Origin: a bacterium
Lineage (GTDB): Archaea > Thermoplasmatota > E2 > JACPAO01 > JAHFTW01
DNA length: 64,000 nt
NCBI GenBank assembly: GCA_040390065.1
Contig: JAZJZE010000009.1
Coordinates: 160,001-224,000 of the forward strand
Direction: 5' to 3'
Shown here: positions 49,862 to 59,475 of the stretch, one piece after another
Layout of the letters: each line of letters begins with the position of its first letter
Numbering within the stretch: the first letter of the stretch is position 1
Program-made: the position numbers and the translations under genes
Notes under the pieces: generated by a model
Seen by the model: the letters and a program-made list of their open reading frames with translations, nothing else
Told to the model about the DNA's origin: nothing
The model's database searches: none

Positions 49862-50743
49862 TCACGGATACGGATCGATGGGCTCCTTGCACCACTCGTC
49901 ATTGAAGCGGATGAGCCGACCGTCGTAGTCGATGTGCGATTCATATTGGCCAAGGCCTGGGAAGAACTCGCCGTACTTCGCGGGTAGCATCGGGGACCGC
50001 ATGTGGCCGGGAATGATGCCCGGCGGTGGCTGCGCCACCTCCTCGGTCGTCGTGAAATGCCACATGACGAGCTTTCCGGCGTTGACCCACACGATTCGGT
50101 ACGTGAAACCATCGCTGGCATTGTGATCATTGACCTGAGTGAGGGTCGTGTCCGAGGTCTGGCCGCCGTCCGGCGTCCACGACCAACTGACCTTGCTTAT
50201 CTTCCCGGGCGAGACGTCGTGATGGATGTCGGCATGATGTGCGGGCATTCCAATTTCCCGGCGCATCCAAGCGGCGACCTCGTCGTCATCAACGTAGATG
50301 GCGTTCAGGACGCTAAAGTAGTTCCAATTCCCCGTACGACAGGCGCTAGGCGTCGTCATGTTGTCATGGTGCTCGATGATCATGCGCAGCGGTCGCTCGA
50401 AGGGACCGATGTGGACCCGCTGGCAGGCGACGAGCCATAAGTAGAAGTCCGTGCCAGCGCCCCCCGAGGAAACCGCGCCGGTCCAATTCCCGGGGGGATG
50501 GGCAGGGCTCGTATTTCCGGGATATGGCATCCCCGTCTCGACCTGATCGCAGCCGTTGAAGACAATCCCCGAGTCCTGGAGCGGGGCGGTCCAGATGGAC
50601 GTGTTTGTCAACGACGGTTCCGGGATGGGCGCCGACGTCAGGTTCGACGTGCCAGACGCGCTGCCCACGGTTCCGGGGCGGTTGACCGCACAACCCGCCA
50701 CTAGCAGGCAGGCGGCAATGCACGACCAGCTTCGAGCGTTCAT
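49862..50743 (-). CDS. Hypothetical lipoprotein
   Basis: Lipobox VAGC; codons less GC3-biased than neighbours. Confidence 0.65.
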   Translation of the reverse strand: MNARSWSCIAACLLVAGCAVNRPGTVGSASGTSNLTSAPIPEPSLTNTSIWTAPLQDSGIVFNGCDQVETGMPYPGNTSPAHPPGNWTGAVSSGGAGTDFYLWLVACQRVHIGPFERPLRMIIEHHDNMTTPSACRTGNWNYFSVLNAIYVDDDEVAAWMRREIGMPAHHADIHHDVSPGKISKVSWSWTPDGGQTSDTTLTQVNDHNASDGFTYRIVWVNAGKLVMWHFTTTEEVAQPPPGIIPGHMRSPMLPAKYGEFFPGLGQYESHIDYDGRLIRFNDEWCKEPIDPYP

Positions 50744-50745
50744 CG

Positions 50746-51252
50746 CTAGCAGTCCTGACCCATCGGGCCCACGCGCGTACTGAAGATGTAGGCCCCCGCG
50801 CCGGCCGGACCATGCAACGATGTTTCGCCGGTCGGGACATGGGCGACGAAACCATAGCCTTGGTAGTGACCGGCCGTTCGAACGTACGGCGGATATTCTT
50901 TCAGGTCAAAGCCGCGGTCGTCGGCTAGGAGGAAGCGGATGCAGATGGAGGCGGGCTCTTGCACGCACCCGCCCAGGTCCCCAATCGGGTCCATGGGCAA
51001 TGTCTCGGTCCAGTTTCCAAGCATCCGCTTGAGGCACCCTACTGTCCCCGAAGTGGCGGCGCACGGCGAATCGATTCCGAGGACGGAGCCGGAGACGACG
51101 GGGACGCAAGTGTTCGGCAGGGCGTCGAGGACCGTGTGGAGCGCGTCGCGCAAGACCTCGCCGAGGGCGGGCGTCGGGGGCGCTTCTGCGGTTCCCGTTG
51201 CCGGGAGCAGGAGCAGGGTGAGTGTGGCGACGCAGACAGGTTTGGCGTTCAT
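50746..51252 (-). CDS. Secreted hypothetical protein
   Basis: Signal-like N-terminus; several Cys; 2 nt from the next gene. Confidence 0.6.
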   Translation of the reverse strand: MNAKPVCVATLTLLLLPATGTAEAPPTPALGEVLRDALHTVLDALPNTCVPVVSGSVLGIDSPCAATSGTVGCLKRMLGNWTETLPMDPIGDLGGCVQEPASICIRFLLADDRGFDLKEYPPYVRTAGHYQGYGFVAHVPTGETSLHGPAGAGAYIFSTRVGPMGQDC

Positions 51253-51413
51253 GACCACGTCTTGGGAAACGGCCGCCCCCCATAAAGGCCGTCGCACAAT
51301 GGTTGGCCTTCACGTATGGATTTCCAGAAAGAACGCCATACCCTTACATCCCCGAATTGGCCGCGCTCCCCCCGCGGGTTCCCCTTTTCAAGTCCGTTGC
51401 CGTCGGACCCCTA

Positions 51414-52736
51414 ATGAAGCCGCGCGAAGCCGCCGACGCCGTCCGCGACGCTGCCCGCCGCAGCACGCGCCTCTTCGGCGAAGGGTTGCCGATGATTGCG
51501 TCGGAGAACATCGTGTCGCCGCGCGTGGCGGAGATGCTCGTCACGGACCTGCACGGCCGCTACGCGGAGGGCTTGCCTGGCAAGCGCTACTACCAAGGCT
51601 GCGGGCCGTTCGACGAGATCGAAGCCCTCGGCATGAGCCTCGCGCAGCAGGTCTTCCGCTGCCGCTTCGCCAACATCCAGAGCACGTCCGGCACGAACTC
51701 GAACCTCGCCGCCTTGAAGGCACTCACGAAGCCCGGCGACGTGATTACGGCGGTCTCGACGGCGGACGGCGGCCACATCAGCCACGCCCCCATGGGCGCC
51801 GTCGGGATGCGGGGACTCGAATTGCACACGTACCCGTGGGACGCGGCCCGCATGGAGCCGGACGTCGATGCCAGCATCAAGCTCATCCGCCAAGTGAAGC
51901 CCAAGATGTGCCTCTTCGGCCAGAGCGTCTTCCTGTTCCCGACGCCCCTCAAGGAGCTCGCCGCGGCGGCGCACGAAGTCGGCGCGACAGTGCTGTACGA
52001 CGGCGCCCACGTCCTGGGCCTCATCGGGGGCGGCCAATTCCAGGACCCGCTACACGAAGGTGCCGACGTCCTGACGGGCAGCAGCCACAAGACGTTCCCC
52101 GGCCCGCAGGGCGGCTTCGTCCTCTCCGACACCGCCGACGAGAAGCTGCAGAAGAAACTCCATGCCGGCGTCTTCCCCGGCGTCGTCTCCAGTTACCACT
52201 TGCACCACGTCGCAGGCAAGGTCATCGCGCTTGCTGAATTCCAGGAATACGGCGCCGCCTATGCACGCGACACGGTGGACAACGCCCGGGCCTTCGGCGA
52301 GGCGATGGCGGCGGAGGGCTTCGACGTCATCGCCGCGGAACGCGGTTTCACGCGCAGCCATCAAGTCGTCACGCGCCACGGAGCCACGGATTCCGGCGCC
52401 GGCGCTGTCGCCGCGCAGAAACTCGAGGACGCCGGCATCATCACGAACATGAACATGCTCCCCGGCGATTCGAAGCCACTGCAGCCATCGGGTCTGAGAC
52501 TCGGCGTGCAGGAACTGACGCGCGTCGGCATGACGAAGCGCGACATGGCCGAGGTCGCTCGCCTGTTTGCCCGCGTGCTGCTGAAGGGCGATGCCCCGGC
52601 CGCGGTACGCAAGGACGTCGTGACCCTCAAGTCGCGCCACCAAGCCGTGAAGTACTGCTTCAATCCCGACAACCTCGGTGGCTACGAGTTCCACGAGATG
52701 CTGTTGCCGGGCAGGCGCGTGGCACGCGAGGCGTAG
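51414..52736 (+). CDS. glyA: Serine hydroxymethyltransferase
   Basis: IASEN, YAEG.PGKRYYQG, GGHISH and SSHKTFPGPQGG motifs. Confidence 0.96.
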   Translation: MKPREAADAVRDAARRSTRLFGEGLPMIASENIVSPRVAEMLVTDLHGRYAEGLPGKRYYQGCGPFDEIEALGMSLAQQVFRCRFANIQSTSGTNSNLAALKALTKPGDVITAVSTADGGHISHAPMGAVGMRGLELHTYPWDAARMEPDVDASIKLIRQVKPKMCLFGQSVFLFPTPLKELAAAAHEVGATVLYDGAHVLGLIGGGQFQDPLHEGADVLTGSSHKTFPGPQGGFVLSDTADEKLQKKLHAGVFPGVVSSYHLHHVAGKVIALAEFQEYGAAYARDTVDNARAFGEAMAAEGFDVIAAERGFTRSHQVVTRHGATDSGAGAVAAQKLEDAGIITNMNMLPGDSKPLQPSGLRLGVQELTRVGMTKRDMAEVARLFARVLLKGDAPAAVRKDVVTLKSRHQAVKYCFNPDNLGGYEFHEMLLPGRRVAREA

Positions 52737-52740
52737 AGCC

Positions 52741-53172
52741 ATGCGGACGAGGGCGCTCGCCATCGCCGCCGCCATTGCCCTGGCTGGCTGCAGCCAAACG
52801 CCATCCGCCCATCCCTTCAGCACGATGCCATGCCAGGGGCTGACGGGCCCGCCCTCATCAGTCGTGCTGGCGCACGTCAGCGTCAGCCGTTCGCCGAGCG
52901 ACCCACCCGCTCCCAGCCTGGCCAACGTGACGGCCTGGATCAAGGACCGCGCCGGCCACCTGCGGTCTAGCCCCCACGACCTCGACGACGACGGCTGCAT
53001 CGCCTTTGGCATCGAGGGCACGGGCGAATTCGCCATCGACGCATCCACCTGCACGCCAAACGAGAACGGCGTCGTGGCTTGCTGCGGCTGGAACGCCAAC
53101 ACGGGTTGGTTCGTGCCGGACGCCGGCGTGGGAAGGTCGTTCGGCCTTCACCTGACGTTCAGCTGCGCCTAG
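52741..53172 (+). CDS. Hypothetical lipoprotein
   Basis: Lipobox LAGC; stop TAG overlaps the MITE end. Confidence 0.65.
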   Translation: MRTRALAIAAAIALAGCSQTPSAHPFSTMPCQGLTGPPSSVVLAHVSVSRSPSDPPAPSLANVTAWIKDRAGHLRSSPHDLDDDGCIAFGIEGTGEFAIDASTCTPNENGVVACCGWNANTGWFVPDAGVGRSFGLHLTFSCA

Positions 53173-53439
53173 AGGTCATTGCATAACTTCCAGGAGGCCT
53201 GCGCGCGCCGGTTTGCAAGGAGGGCTAGGAGGAGTTGCCGACCACGTGGCACCGCCACGCCGAGGCAATTCCGACGACGCCATCCGCCGTAAAGCGGCGC
53301 GCCCTCCGGGTCATTTTCCGGCCACACACTCCCGTCGCGGGCGGCCTTGGCGGGCTGCCGGCCCGCCGGCGGCCGCCCGCAACGGGATTGCGAAGGCCGG
53401 AAAATGACGCAGGCACCCTGGCCGTTATGAAACGGCCTC
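53172..53439. mobile_element. MITE copy 1 (268 bp, TA-flanked)
   Basis: TIR GAGGTCATTGCATAACTTCCAGG with imperfect right end; TA on both sides; body homologous to 56947-57134 in inverted orientation. Confidence 0.8.
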
Positions 53440-53485
53440 TAAGGGCGGTCTCCTCATATCCGACCTGCCCGTGTCGCGCACAAGC

Positions 53486-54025
53486 ATGGTCCGCGTCGCG
53501 CTCACTGGCACCCCCGGCGTCGGCAAGACGACCCTCGCCGCCGTCGCGGCCGCGCACGGTTGGCGCGTCGTGGATGTCAAGGTCTGGGCACGGGCCGTCG
53601 GCGCCGTGGTCGGCCACGACGCAGCCGACGAGGCGGACGTCATCGACGTGGACAGGCTCGCGACCTTCGTCCAGCCGCAACCATACGACGTCGTGTACGA
53701 AGGGCACCTGAGCCATCTTCTGCCGCTTGACGCGGCGTGGGTCGTGCGATGCGATCCGCGGGTCCTTGCCCAACGCTTGGCCAATCGCGGCTACAGCCCC
53801 GCGAAGCTGCGGGAGAACCTCGAAGCCGAGGCACTCGACATCGTGCTGCAGGAGGCCCTCGACCAGTTGCCCGTGGTCATCCAGCGCGACGGCACGCGCC
53901 GAAGCCCAGCCGCGCTCTTCAAGGCATTTGCCGATGCGACGCGCGCAGGCGCTAAAGGGCACGACCTGGAGCCCGTCGACTGGAGCGACCAGCTCCCAAT
54001 CGGAGCCACACATGGTCCTTGACAA
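53486..54025 (+). CDS. AK6/Fap7-family adenylate kinase
   Basis: TGTPGVGKT, EGHLSH and RL..RGY...K.REN.EAE motifs. Confidence 0.9.
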
Positions 54026-54671
54026 CTACCGGCGCAGCCTCGACTGGTGGCTCGTGCCGCTTGCCAAGGCATGCCGCAACGTTCCGCCCGACACGATCAC
54101 GTGGCTGAGCCTCCTCGCCGCCGGAGCAGGAGGAATCCTGTTCTGGCTGTCCGGCCCGACGCACGCGGGCATCCTGATCCTGATGGGCGCCTGGGTCGGC
54201 GTCGGCCTCAACTCCATCCTGGACGTTCTCGACGGGAAGGTCGCGCAGCTGACAGGCCAGGCAACGCGGCGCGGCGACTACCTCGACCACTGCGTCGACC
54301 GCTTCAGCGACGCCTTCCTCATCATCGGCCTGGCCTTCTCGCCGTGGGCAGGGACCGGCATCGGCATCGCCGCCCTGGCAGGGACTCTCCTGACGAGTTA
54401 CATGGGCACCCAAGCCCAAGCCGTCGGCCAGCACCGCAACTACGCCGGCTTCCTCGGACGCGCCGACCGCATGGTGCTCCTGCTCTTCGCGCCGCTCGGA
54501 CAGGCGGTCTGGACGTCGTCGGGCCGCGGCCCCATCCACATCGGGGACTTGGAGACGAACTGGCTGGAACTGGTCCTGGCCTACTTCGCCGTCGTGGGCG
54601 CGCTCACGACGGTGCAGCGCTTCGTCGGCGGCTTGCGCGGCTTCGGCCCAGACGGCGAGATCCGCCGATGA
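54012..54671 (+). CDS. CDP-alcohol phosphatidyltransferase
   Basis: DVLDGKVA...G..LDH..DR.SD motif. Confidence 0.92.
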   Translation: MVLDNYRRSLDWWLVPLAKACRNVPPDTITWLSLLAAGAGGILFWLSGPTHAGILILMGAWVGVGLNSILDVLDGKVAQLTGQATRRGDYLDHCVDRFSDAFLIIGLAFSPWAGTGIGIAALAGTLLTSYMGTQAQAVGQHRNYAGFLGRADRMVLLLFAPLGQAVWTSSGRGPIHIGDLETNWLELVLAYFAVVGALTTVQRFVGGLRGFGPDGEIRR

Positions 54672-54718
54672 CTCCAATACAAAACCTAAATACGGGGCCA
54701 GCTCGCGTTCGCCCGCCG

Positions 54719-55132
54719 ATGACGCCCACACTGCTCCTGGTCGACGACGACCCCTCCTTCGTGCAGGACCTCAGCGACTTGCTGGTGACGTTCATGCCCG
54801 ACGCCAAAGTCCTCACGGCCACCTCGGGCGCCGCCGCCTTGGACATGCTCAAGGTGCAGCCCATCGACCTCATCATCTCCGACCGCCACATGCCCGGCAT
54901 GGACGGCCTCGAGCTCCTGCGCGCCGCCCGCGCCCACGACCCGACGATGCCGCGCATCCTCATGACGGGCGACCTGACGTTCGACACGGTCATGGCCGCC
55001 GTCGCCGAGGCGCGCATCTGCGAAGTGATTGCAAAGCCGCCGCAGGCGTCGACGACGATGGCCAGCATCCGCCGCCTGCTCGGGCTGCGAGCCTCGGGCC
55101 AAGAATGCTCGCCGATCGGCGCAGCGGCCTAA
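54719..55132 (+). CDS. Stand-alone response regulator receiver domain
   Basis: LLVDDD, ISDRHMPGMDG, MTG and KP; TATA-like CCTAAATA at about 54685. Confidence 0.88.
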   Translation: MTPTLLLVDDDPSFVQDLSDLLVTFMPDAKVLTATSGAAALDMLKVQPIDLIISDRHMPGMDGLELLRAARAHDPTMPRILMTGDLTFDTVMAAVAEARICEVIAKPPQASTTMASIRRLLGLRASGQECSPIGAAA

Positions 55133-55157
55133 ATTGGGCGTCCGGCTCCACCGGCAT

Positions 55158-55787
55158 CTAGCGCAGGCGCAACGACACGGCCACTCCATCCCGCAGCGGC
55201 AGCACGGTGGTGGCAAACGTCGCATCCTCGAGGGCAAGCCGCGTGTACTCCCGCACACCGCGCGTCGCCTCGTCGCGGATGGCTGCATCCGCCACCTTGC
55301 CCTGCCAGAGCGTGTTGTCCGTCAGGATGAGTCCGCCCTTTCGCACCCGCTTGCGGGCGATCTCCCAGGCATCCGGGTACTGCTCCTTGTCGATGTCGAT
55401 GAAGATGACGTCGAAGGGCCCCTTCTCCGAGCGCAGGGCGTCGCGGGCGTCGCCGACGCGGAACTCCACGCGGGACTTGAGCCGGGCCTTGCCGAGCCAC
55501 TGCTGCGCCTCGCGCGACAACGCGGCACTGCCGTCCGTGTGCACGACGCGGCCCTTCGGCCCGACGGCGCCAGCGAACCACACGGTCGAGTAGCCGAAGC
55601 CGGAACCCATCTCGAAGACACTGCGGGCACCGACGGCCGTCGCCAGTTGTGCGCAGAGCCGGCCGACGAGAGGGCCGATGATGGGAAAGCCGCGCTTCAT
55701 CCCCGAGGACTCCATCTCCAGCAGGACCTGGGAGGGCGCCGGCTGGATGCGGTGCAGGTACGCCTCGATGCCGGAATCGACGATCAT
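55158..55787 (-). CDS. O-methyltransferase (CCoAOMT-like)
   Basis: EMGSGFGYS, FDVIFIDIDK.QY and DNTLWQG motifs. Confidence 0.9.
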   Translation of the reverse strand: MIVDSGIEAYLHRIQPAPSQVLLEMESSGMKRGFPIIGPLVGRLCAQLATAVGARSVFEMGSGFGYSTVWFAGAVGPKGRVVHTDGSAALSREAQQWLGKARLKSRVEFRVGDARDALRSEKGPFDVIFIDIDKEQYPDAWEIARKRVRKGGLILTDNTLWQGKVADAAIRDEATRGVREYTRLALEDATFATTVLPLRDGVAVSLRLR

Positions 55788-56242
55788 CGCAGCCGCCTCC
55801 CCTTGGTCGGGCGACGCGCCGGCGCGGCCCCCGCCCTCTTGCCAGATTGCGACGCCCCGGCCTTGGGCCTTGCCTTCGCTTTGCTCGATGCCGGCGCGGG
55901 AAGCTGCGCGATGCGGGCATGCACGATGGCCTTCACGAGGGCGGCAGGCAACGGCCTCGCCGGCGTGAAGTGCACGGTGCTGCTGACGACCTCCACCCCG
56001 GGGTACTCCCGGGCCATGTCCGCGGCAAGGTAGCCCCCGAACAGGCTGCAGTGGCGTTGGAATGATCCCATCGAGACCAACGTGCGGCCGCCGAAGAAGA
56101 AGGCGGGCACCTTGTAGCTCAGGCGCTCCGTGGCGGTCGGGGCGGCCACCAGGATGGTCTTGCGCAGGCGAAGCAATGCCGTGCGGTGGGCCGCAGGGGC
56201 CGCGGCCAAGTAGGCGGCGACGTCGGCAGGGGGATGGCGCAT
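55784..56242 (-). CDS. DUF1801 (YdhG-like) protein
   Basis: VAAYLA...LRKTI..AAP.ATE.LSYKVPAF. Confidence 0.85.
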   Translation of the reverse strand: MRHPPADVAAYLAAAPAAHRTALLRLRKTILVAAPTATERLSYKVPAFFFGGRTLVSMGSFQRHCSLFGGYLAADMAREYPGVEVVSSTVHFTPARPLPAALVKAIVHARIAQLPAPASSKAKARPKAGASQSGKRAGAAPARRPTKGRRLR

Positions 56243-56281
56243 GACCCGCGATGGCCTTCGGGTTCATCAACGCCGCCGGCC

Positions 56282-56947
56282 ATGGCGAATCGCGTGAACA
56301 TCGTCCGTTGCGGCGGCCGTGGGTGGGATTCCAATCAGTTCCTCGTGAAGGACGAGAAGTCGAACCGCTTCGACATGGTGGACGCCGGACACGGCCTCGA
56401 TTTCGCCAACGTCCTGCGCGACGTCGCCGCCGTCATCGAGCCGAGTCGCGTGCGCAACGTCGTCGTGACCCACGAACACCTCGACCACGTCAACGGCTTG
56501 CCGCAGTGGAAAGCCTTGGGCGCGACGCTTCTGGCCTCGCGGGGCGCCGCGCACAAGCTACGCGAAGGGCGGGACCCGACGTCGGAGCGCTTCGGCGCCC
56601 GCATCCCGCAACTGGAAGTGGGCATCCTCGACGATGGCGAACGCGTCCAACTCGGCGCCGCGCAATTCGACGTCCTCGCGACACCGGGCCACTCCCCGGG
56701 CTCTGCCTGCTACTGGCATGAATCCTCAGGCACGTTGTTCTCCGGCGACACGCTGTTTGCCGACGGCGGCATCGGACGCTTCGATTTCCCCGACGGCGAC
56801 GTCGCCACGGAAGCGCAAGCCATCATGCGCCTGTCCAAGTTGCAGGTCCGGATGCTGCACTGCGGCCACGGGCCGAGCGTGGAGGGGGAGGACGCCGTCC
56901 GCAGCGTCGCAGCGAGCCTCCGGCACGTCCAGTCCTGCCTGCCCTAG
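56282..56947 (+). CDS. Metallo-beta-lactamase-fold hydrolase (glyoxalase II-like)
   Basis: THEHLDH, TPGHSPG, SGDTLF and GHG motifs. Confidence 0.9.
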   Translation: MANRVNIVRCGGRGWDSNQFLVKDEKSNRFDMVDAGHGLDFANVLRDVAAVIEPSRVRNVVVTHEHLDHVNGLPQWKALGATLLASRGAAHKLREGRDPTSERFGARIPQLEVGILDDGERVQLGAAQFDVLATPGHSPGSACYWHESSGTLFSGDTLFADGGIGRFDFPDGDVATEAQAIMRLSKLQVRMLHCGHGPSVEGEDAVRSVAASLRHVQSCLP

Positions 56948-57134
56948 AGGTCATTGCATAACTTCCAGGGTGGCCTGCGAAGGCCGAACAACGACCCGCA
57001 AGGGCGCGCCGCCTTGCGGCGGATGGCGTCGTCGGATCCGGCTCGGCGTGGCGCTGCCACGCTGTCACCGAATCCTCCTAGCCCTCCTTGCAACCCGGCG
57101 CGCGCAGGCCTCCTGGAGGCCATGCAACGACCTC
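56947..57134. mobile_element. MITE copy 2 (188 bp, TA/CTAG-flanked) between convergent stop codons
   Basis: ctaGAGGTCATTGCATAACTTCCAGG...CCTGGAGGCCATGCAACGACCTCtag. Confidence 0.82.
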
Positions 57135-57604
57135 TAGTAGGGTGGGACGTCGGCTTCACCGCGCGCCGTCGGGAAGCCGTCGAAGACGATGCGGGTGAGG
57201 TGCGGCGCCCCCCCCGGCGTCGTGAAGCGCACGGTCAAGTCCGACCCAGAGTTGGCCCCCACGGAGGATGGACCCGCCAGGTCGCCAAACGGGACGCCGC
57301 CGCCCTGCGCGTCTGCCGCGCTCCAGGCCAGCGTGGTCTCGACGGTGACGTTGTTGGGGTTGTCCATGTGCAGGCGCACGACGTGGCATTCCTCGTGGAA
57401 GTCCGTGACCCCGTCCGGGCAGCGGCCGGCTTCGATGTGGGCGTCGCGCACTGAGAGCGTCACAGGGTGCGGGGGGAGATGGACGTCGGGCAAGGCCGGC
57501 AGGCCGTTCAGGCGCGATGGGTTCGCGGGACTGGAGCACCCGGCAAGGAGAGTGAAGGCAACGGCGGCCACGGCGACGACGACTCGCACGAGTCGACGAC
57601 GCAC
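57134..57604 (-). CDS. Hypothetical lipoprotein
   Basis: Lipobox LAGC; start uncertain. Confidence 0.65.
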   Translation of the reverse strand: MRRRLVRVVVAVAAVAFTLLAGCSSPANPSRLNGLPALPDVHLPPHPVTLSVRDAHIEAGRCPDGVTDFHEECHVVRLHMDNPNNVTVETTLAWSAADAQGGGVPFGDLAGPSSVGANSGSDLTVRFTTPGGAPHLTRIVFDGFPTARGEADVPPY

Positions 57605-57699
57605 GTGCACCGACTTGAGGGTTTGGACGAAGTTCGGCGGCCTCGACCGATTCCTGCACCGGGCCGGCCTCGTCTTGCTCCGCCGACGCCCTCCGTGAT

Positions 57700-58155
57700 A
57701 GGGCCGCGTGGCCGGCTTCCGCGCCGGCTTAACCACTGAGTTCACTGAGCGCACTGAACGCGCCGCGTCCGTAGTTCAGTGAATTCAGTGCGTTCAGTGG
57801 TTCGCCCCTCGGCCGAGTGTGGGGGGCCGGGGAGAACAGGAGCCTTGCGCAGAGAAGGGGAATGAGTTCGTGTTCTCCGTTTGGCTCCCGTTCTCCCAGG
57901 CCGCCCATGCCTGAAAGACAGCGAAGTCGCCGAAGCCTGGAAAGGTCGCGTTCCGGTTTTTTCCGTGGCTTCCTCGTCTTTCAGGCCCCCCGGCGGCCCT
58001 CGCCATCGCTGCGCTCGGCTCGCCAAGCCCTCGCTTCACCGCGGCTTCGCCGTCGGCGTGCTCGCCCCGGCCGGGGGCTGGCAGGCCATCGGTTGCATCT
58101 GTTGCATCGGTTGACCCGGCGTGGACGTCGCCGCCGTCGGAGGAGATTGGGGACG
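57700..58155 (-). repeat. Modular structured intergenic element, copy C (inverted)
   Basis: Anchors at 58129-58142, 58060-58078, about 57985-58002, 57815-57905 and 57702-57712. Confidence 0.8.
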
Positions 58156-58185
58156 GGTCGGCGCCTAGGAGACGCAGGGGGAATC

Positions 58186-58304
58186 CTACGCGCCCTTCAG
58201 CAGGTTGTTCGCGATGACCCCGCGGCCCGGCAAGCCGAGCCGCAGGGATTCCGCGGCCGAGCCGGCGGCATCGCGACCAATTCTCTGCGGGCGACTCGCT
58301 TCGC
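58186..58304. mobile_element. Mini-element at the acyl-CoA dehydrogenase 3' end (34-bp recoded duplicate, 85-bp insert with antisense block)
   Basis: 58186-58219 and 58305-58338 both encode [10 protein letters not shown]-stop with different synonymous codons; inverted block at 58269-58281. Confidence 0.7.
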
Positions 58305-59450
58305 TCATGCGCCCTTGAGAAGATTGTTCGCGATGACCATCCTCTGGATCTCGCTCGTCCCCTCGTAGATCTCCGTGATCTTGGCGTCACGGAAGGCCCG
58401 CTCGACGGGGTAATCCTTCGTGTAGCCGTTGCCGCCGTGCACCTGGACGGCCTCCGTCGCAGTCCACATCGCCGTCTCCGAGGCGTACACCTTGGCCATG
58501 GAGGCCTCCTTGGAGTACGGCTTCTTCTCGTCCTTGAGGCGGGCTGCGCGATGGATGAGAAGGCGGGCGGCGTCGATGCGCGTCGCCATGTCGGCGATCT
58601 TCCATTGGATGGCCTGGTTGGAGCCGATGGGTTTGCCGAATTGGCGCCGCTGCTGCGCGTACGACAGGCTGGCCTCGTAGGCCCCGACGGCGATGCCGAG
58701 GGCTTGGCTTGCGATGCCGAGACGGCCGCCGTCGAGCGTCTTCATGGCGACCTTGAAGCCCTCGCCGACGGGCCCGAGGACGTTCTCGTCCGGCACCTGC
58801 ACGTTTTCGAAGAACAGCGGACAGCAGGGCGCGGCGCGGATGCCGAGTTTGTCCTCGGGTTTGCCGATGCGGAAACCGGGCGTGCCCTTCTCCACGAGGA
58901 ACGCGGTCTGGCCCTTGTGCCCGGCCGCCTTGTCCGTCTGGGCGAAGACGACGTACGTCTCGGCGAGTCCCGCATTCGTGATGAAGAGTTTCTGGCCGTT
59001 GAGGACGTAGCCGCGGCCGCTCTTGGTGGCCGTCGTCTGCATCGACACCACGTCGCTGCCGGCGTTGGGTTCCGTGAGTCCGTACGCGCCGAGCTTGCGG
59101 CCGGCGAGCATGGGCTTGAGGAAGCGTTCATGCTGGTCCGCGTTGCCGTACGTGTAGAGGGGCCAGCCGGACAAGGAATTGTTGACGGAGACGATGACGC
59201 CGGTCGAGGCGCAGACGCGCGACAGCTCCTCGATGGCGATGCAGTACGACACCATGTCCGTGCCCGCGCCGCCGGCCTCTTCGGGGAAATTCATTCCCAT
59301 GATGCCGAGGGCGCCAAGCTCGTGCGCCAACTCGGGTGGCCACCGGTGGGTCTCGTCCATCTCCTTGGCGATGGGGCGCAAGCGGCGCTCGGCGAACTCC
59401 CGCACGGTCTGGCGGATGAGGGCGTGCTCCGAGGTGGGCTCCAGGTCCAC
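58305..59450 (-). CDS. Acyl-CoA dehydrogenase
   Basis: [32 protein letters not shown] and [10 protein letters not shown] motifs. Confidence 0.95.
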   Translation of the reverse strand: MDLEPTSEHALIRQTVREFAERRLRPIAKEMDETHRWPPELAHELGALGIMGMNFPEEAGGAGTDMVSYCIAIEELSRVCASTGVIVSVNNSLSGWPLYTYGNADQHERFLKPMLAGRKLGAYGLTEPNAGSDVVSMQTTATKSGRGYVLNGQKLFITNAGLAETYVVFAQTDKAAGHKGQTAFLVEKGTPGFRIGKPEDKLGIRAAPCCPLFFENVQVPDENVLGPVGEGFKVAMKTLDGGRLGIASQALGIAVGAYEASLSYAQQRRQFGKPIGSNQAIQWKIADMATRIDAARLLIHRAARLKDEKKPYSKEASMAKVYASETAMWTATEAVQVHGGNGYTKDYPVERAFRDAKITEIYEGTSEIQRMVIANNLLKGA

Positions 59451-59475
59451 GACGCGGCCAGGCGGGGCGCCGTCT

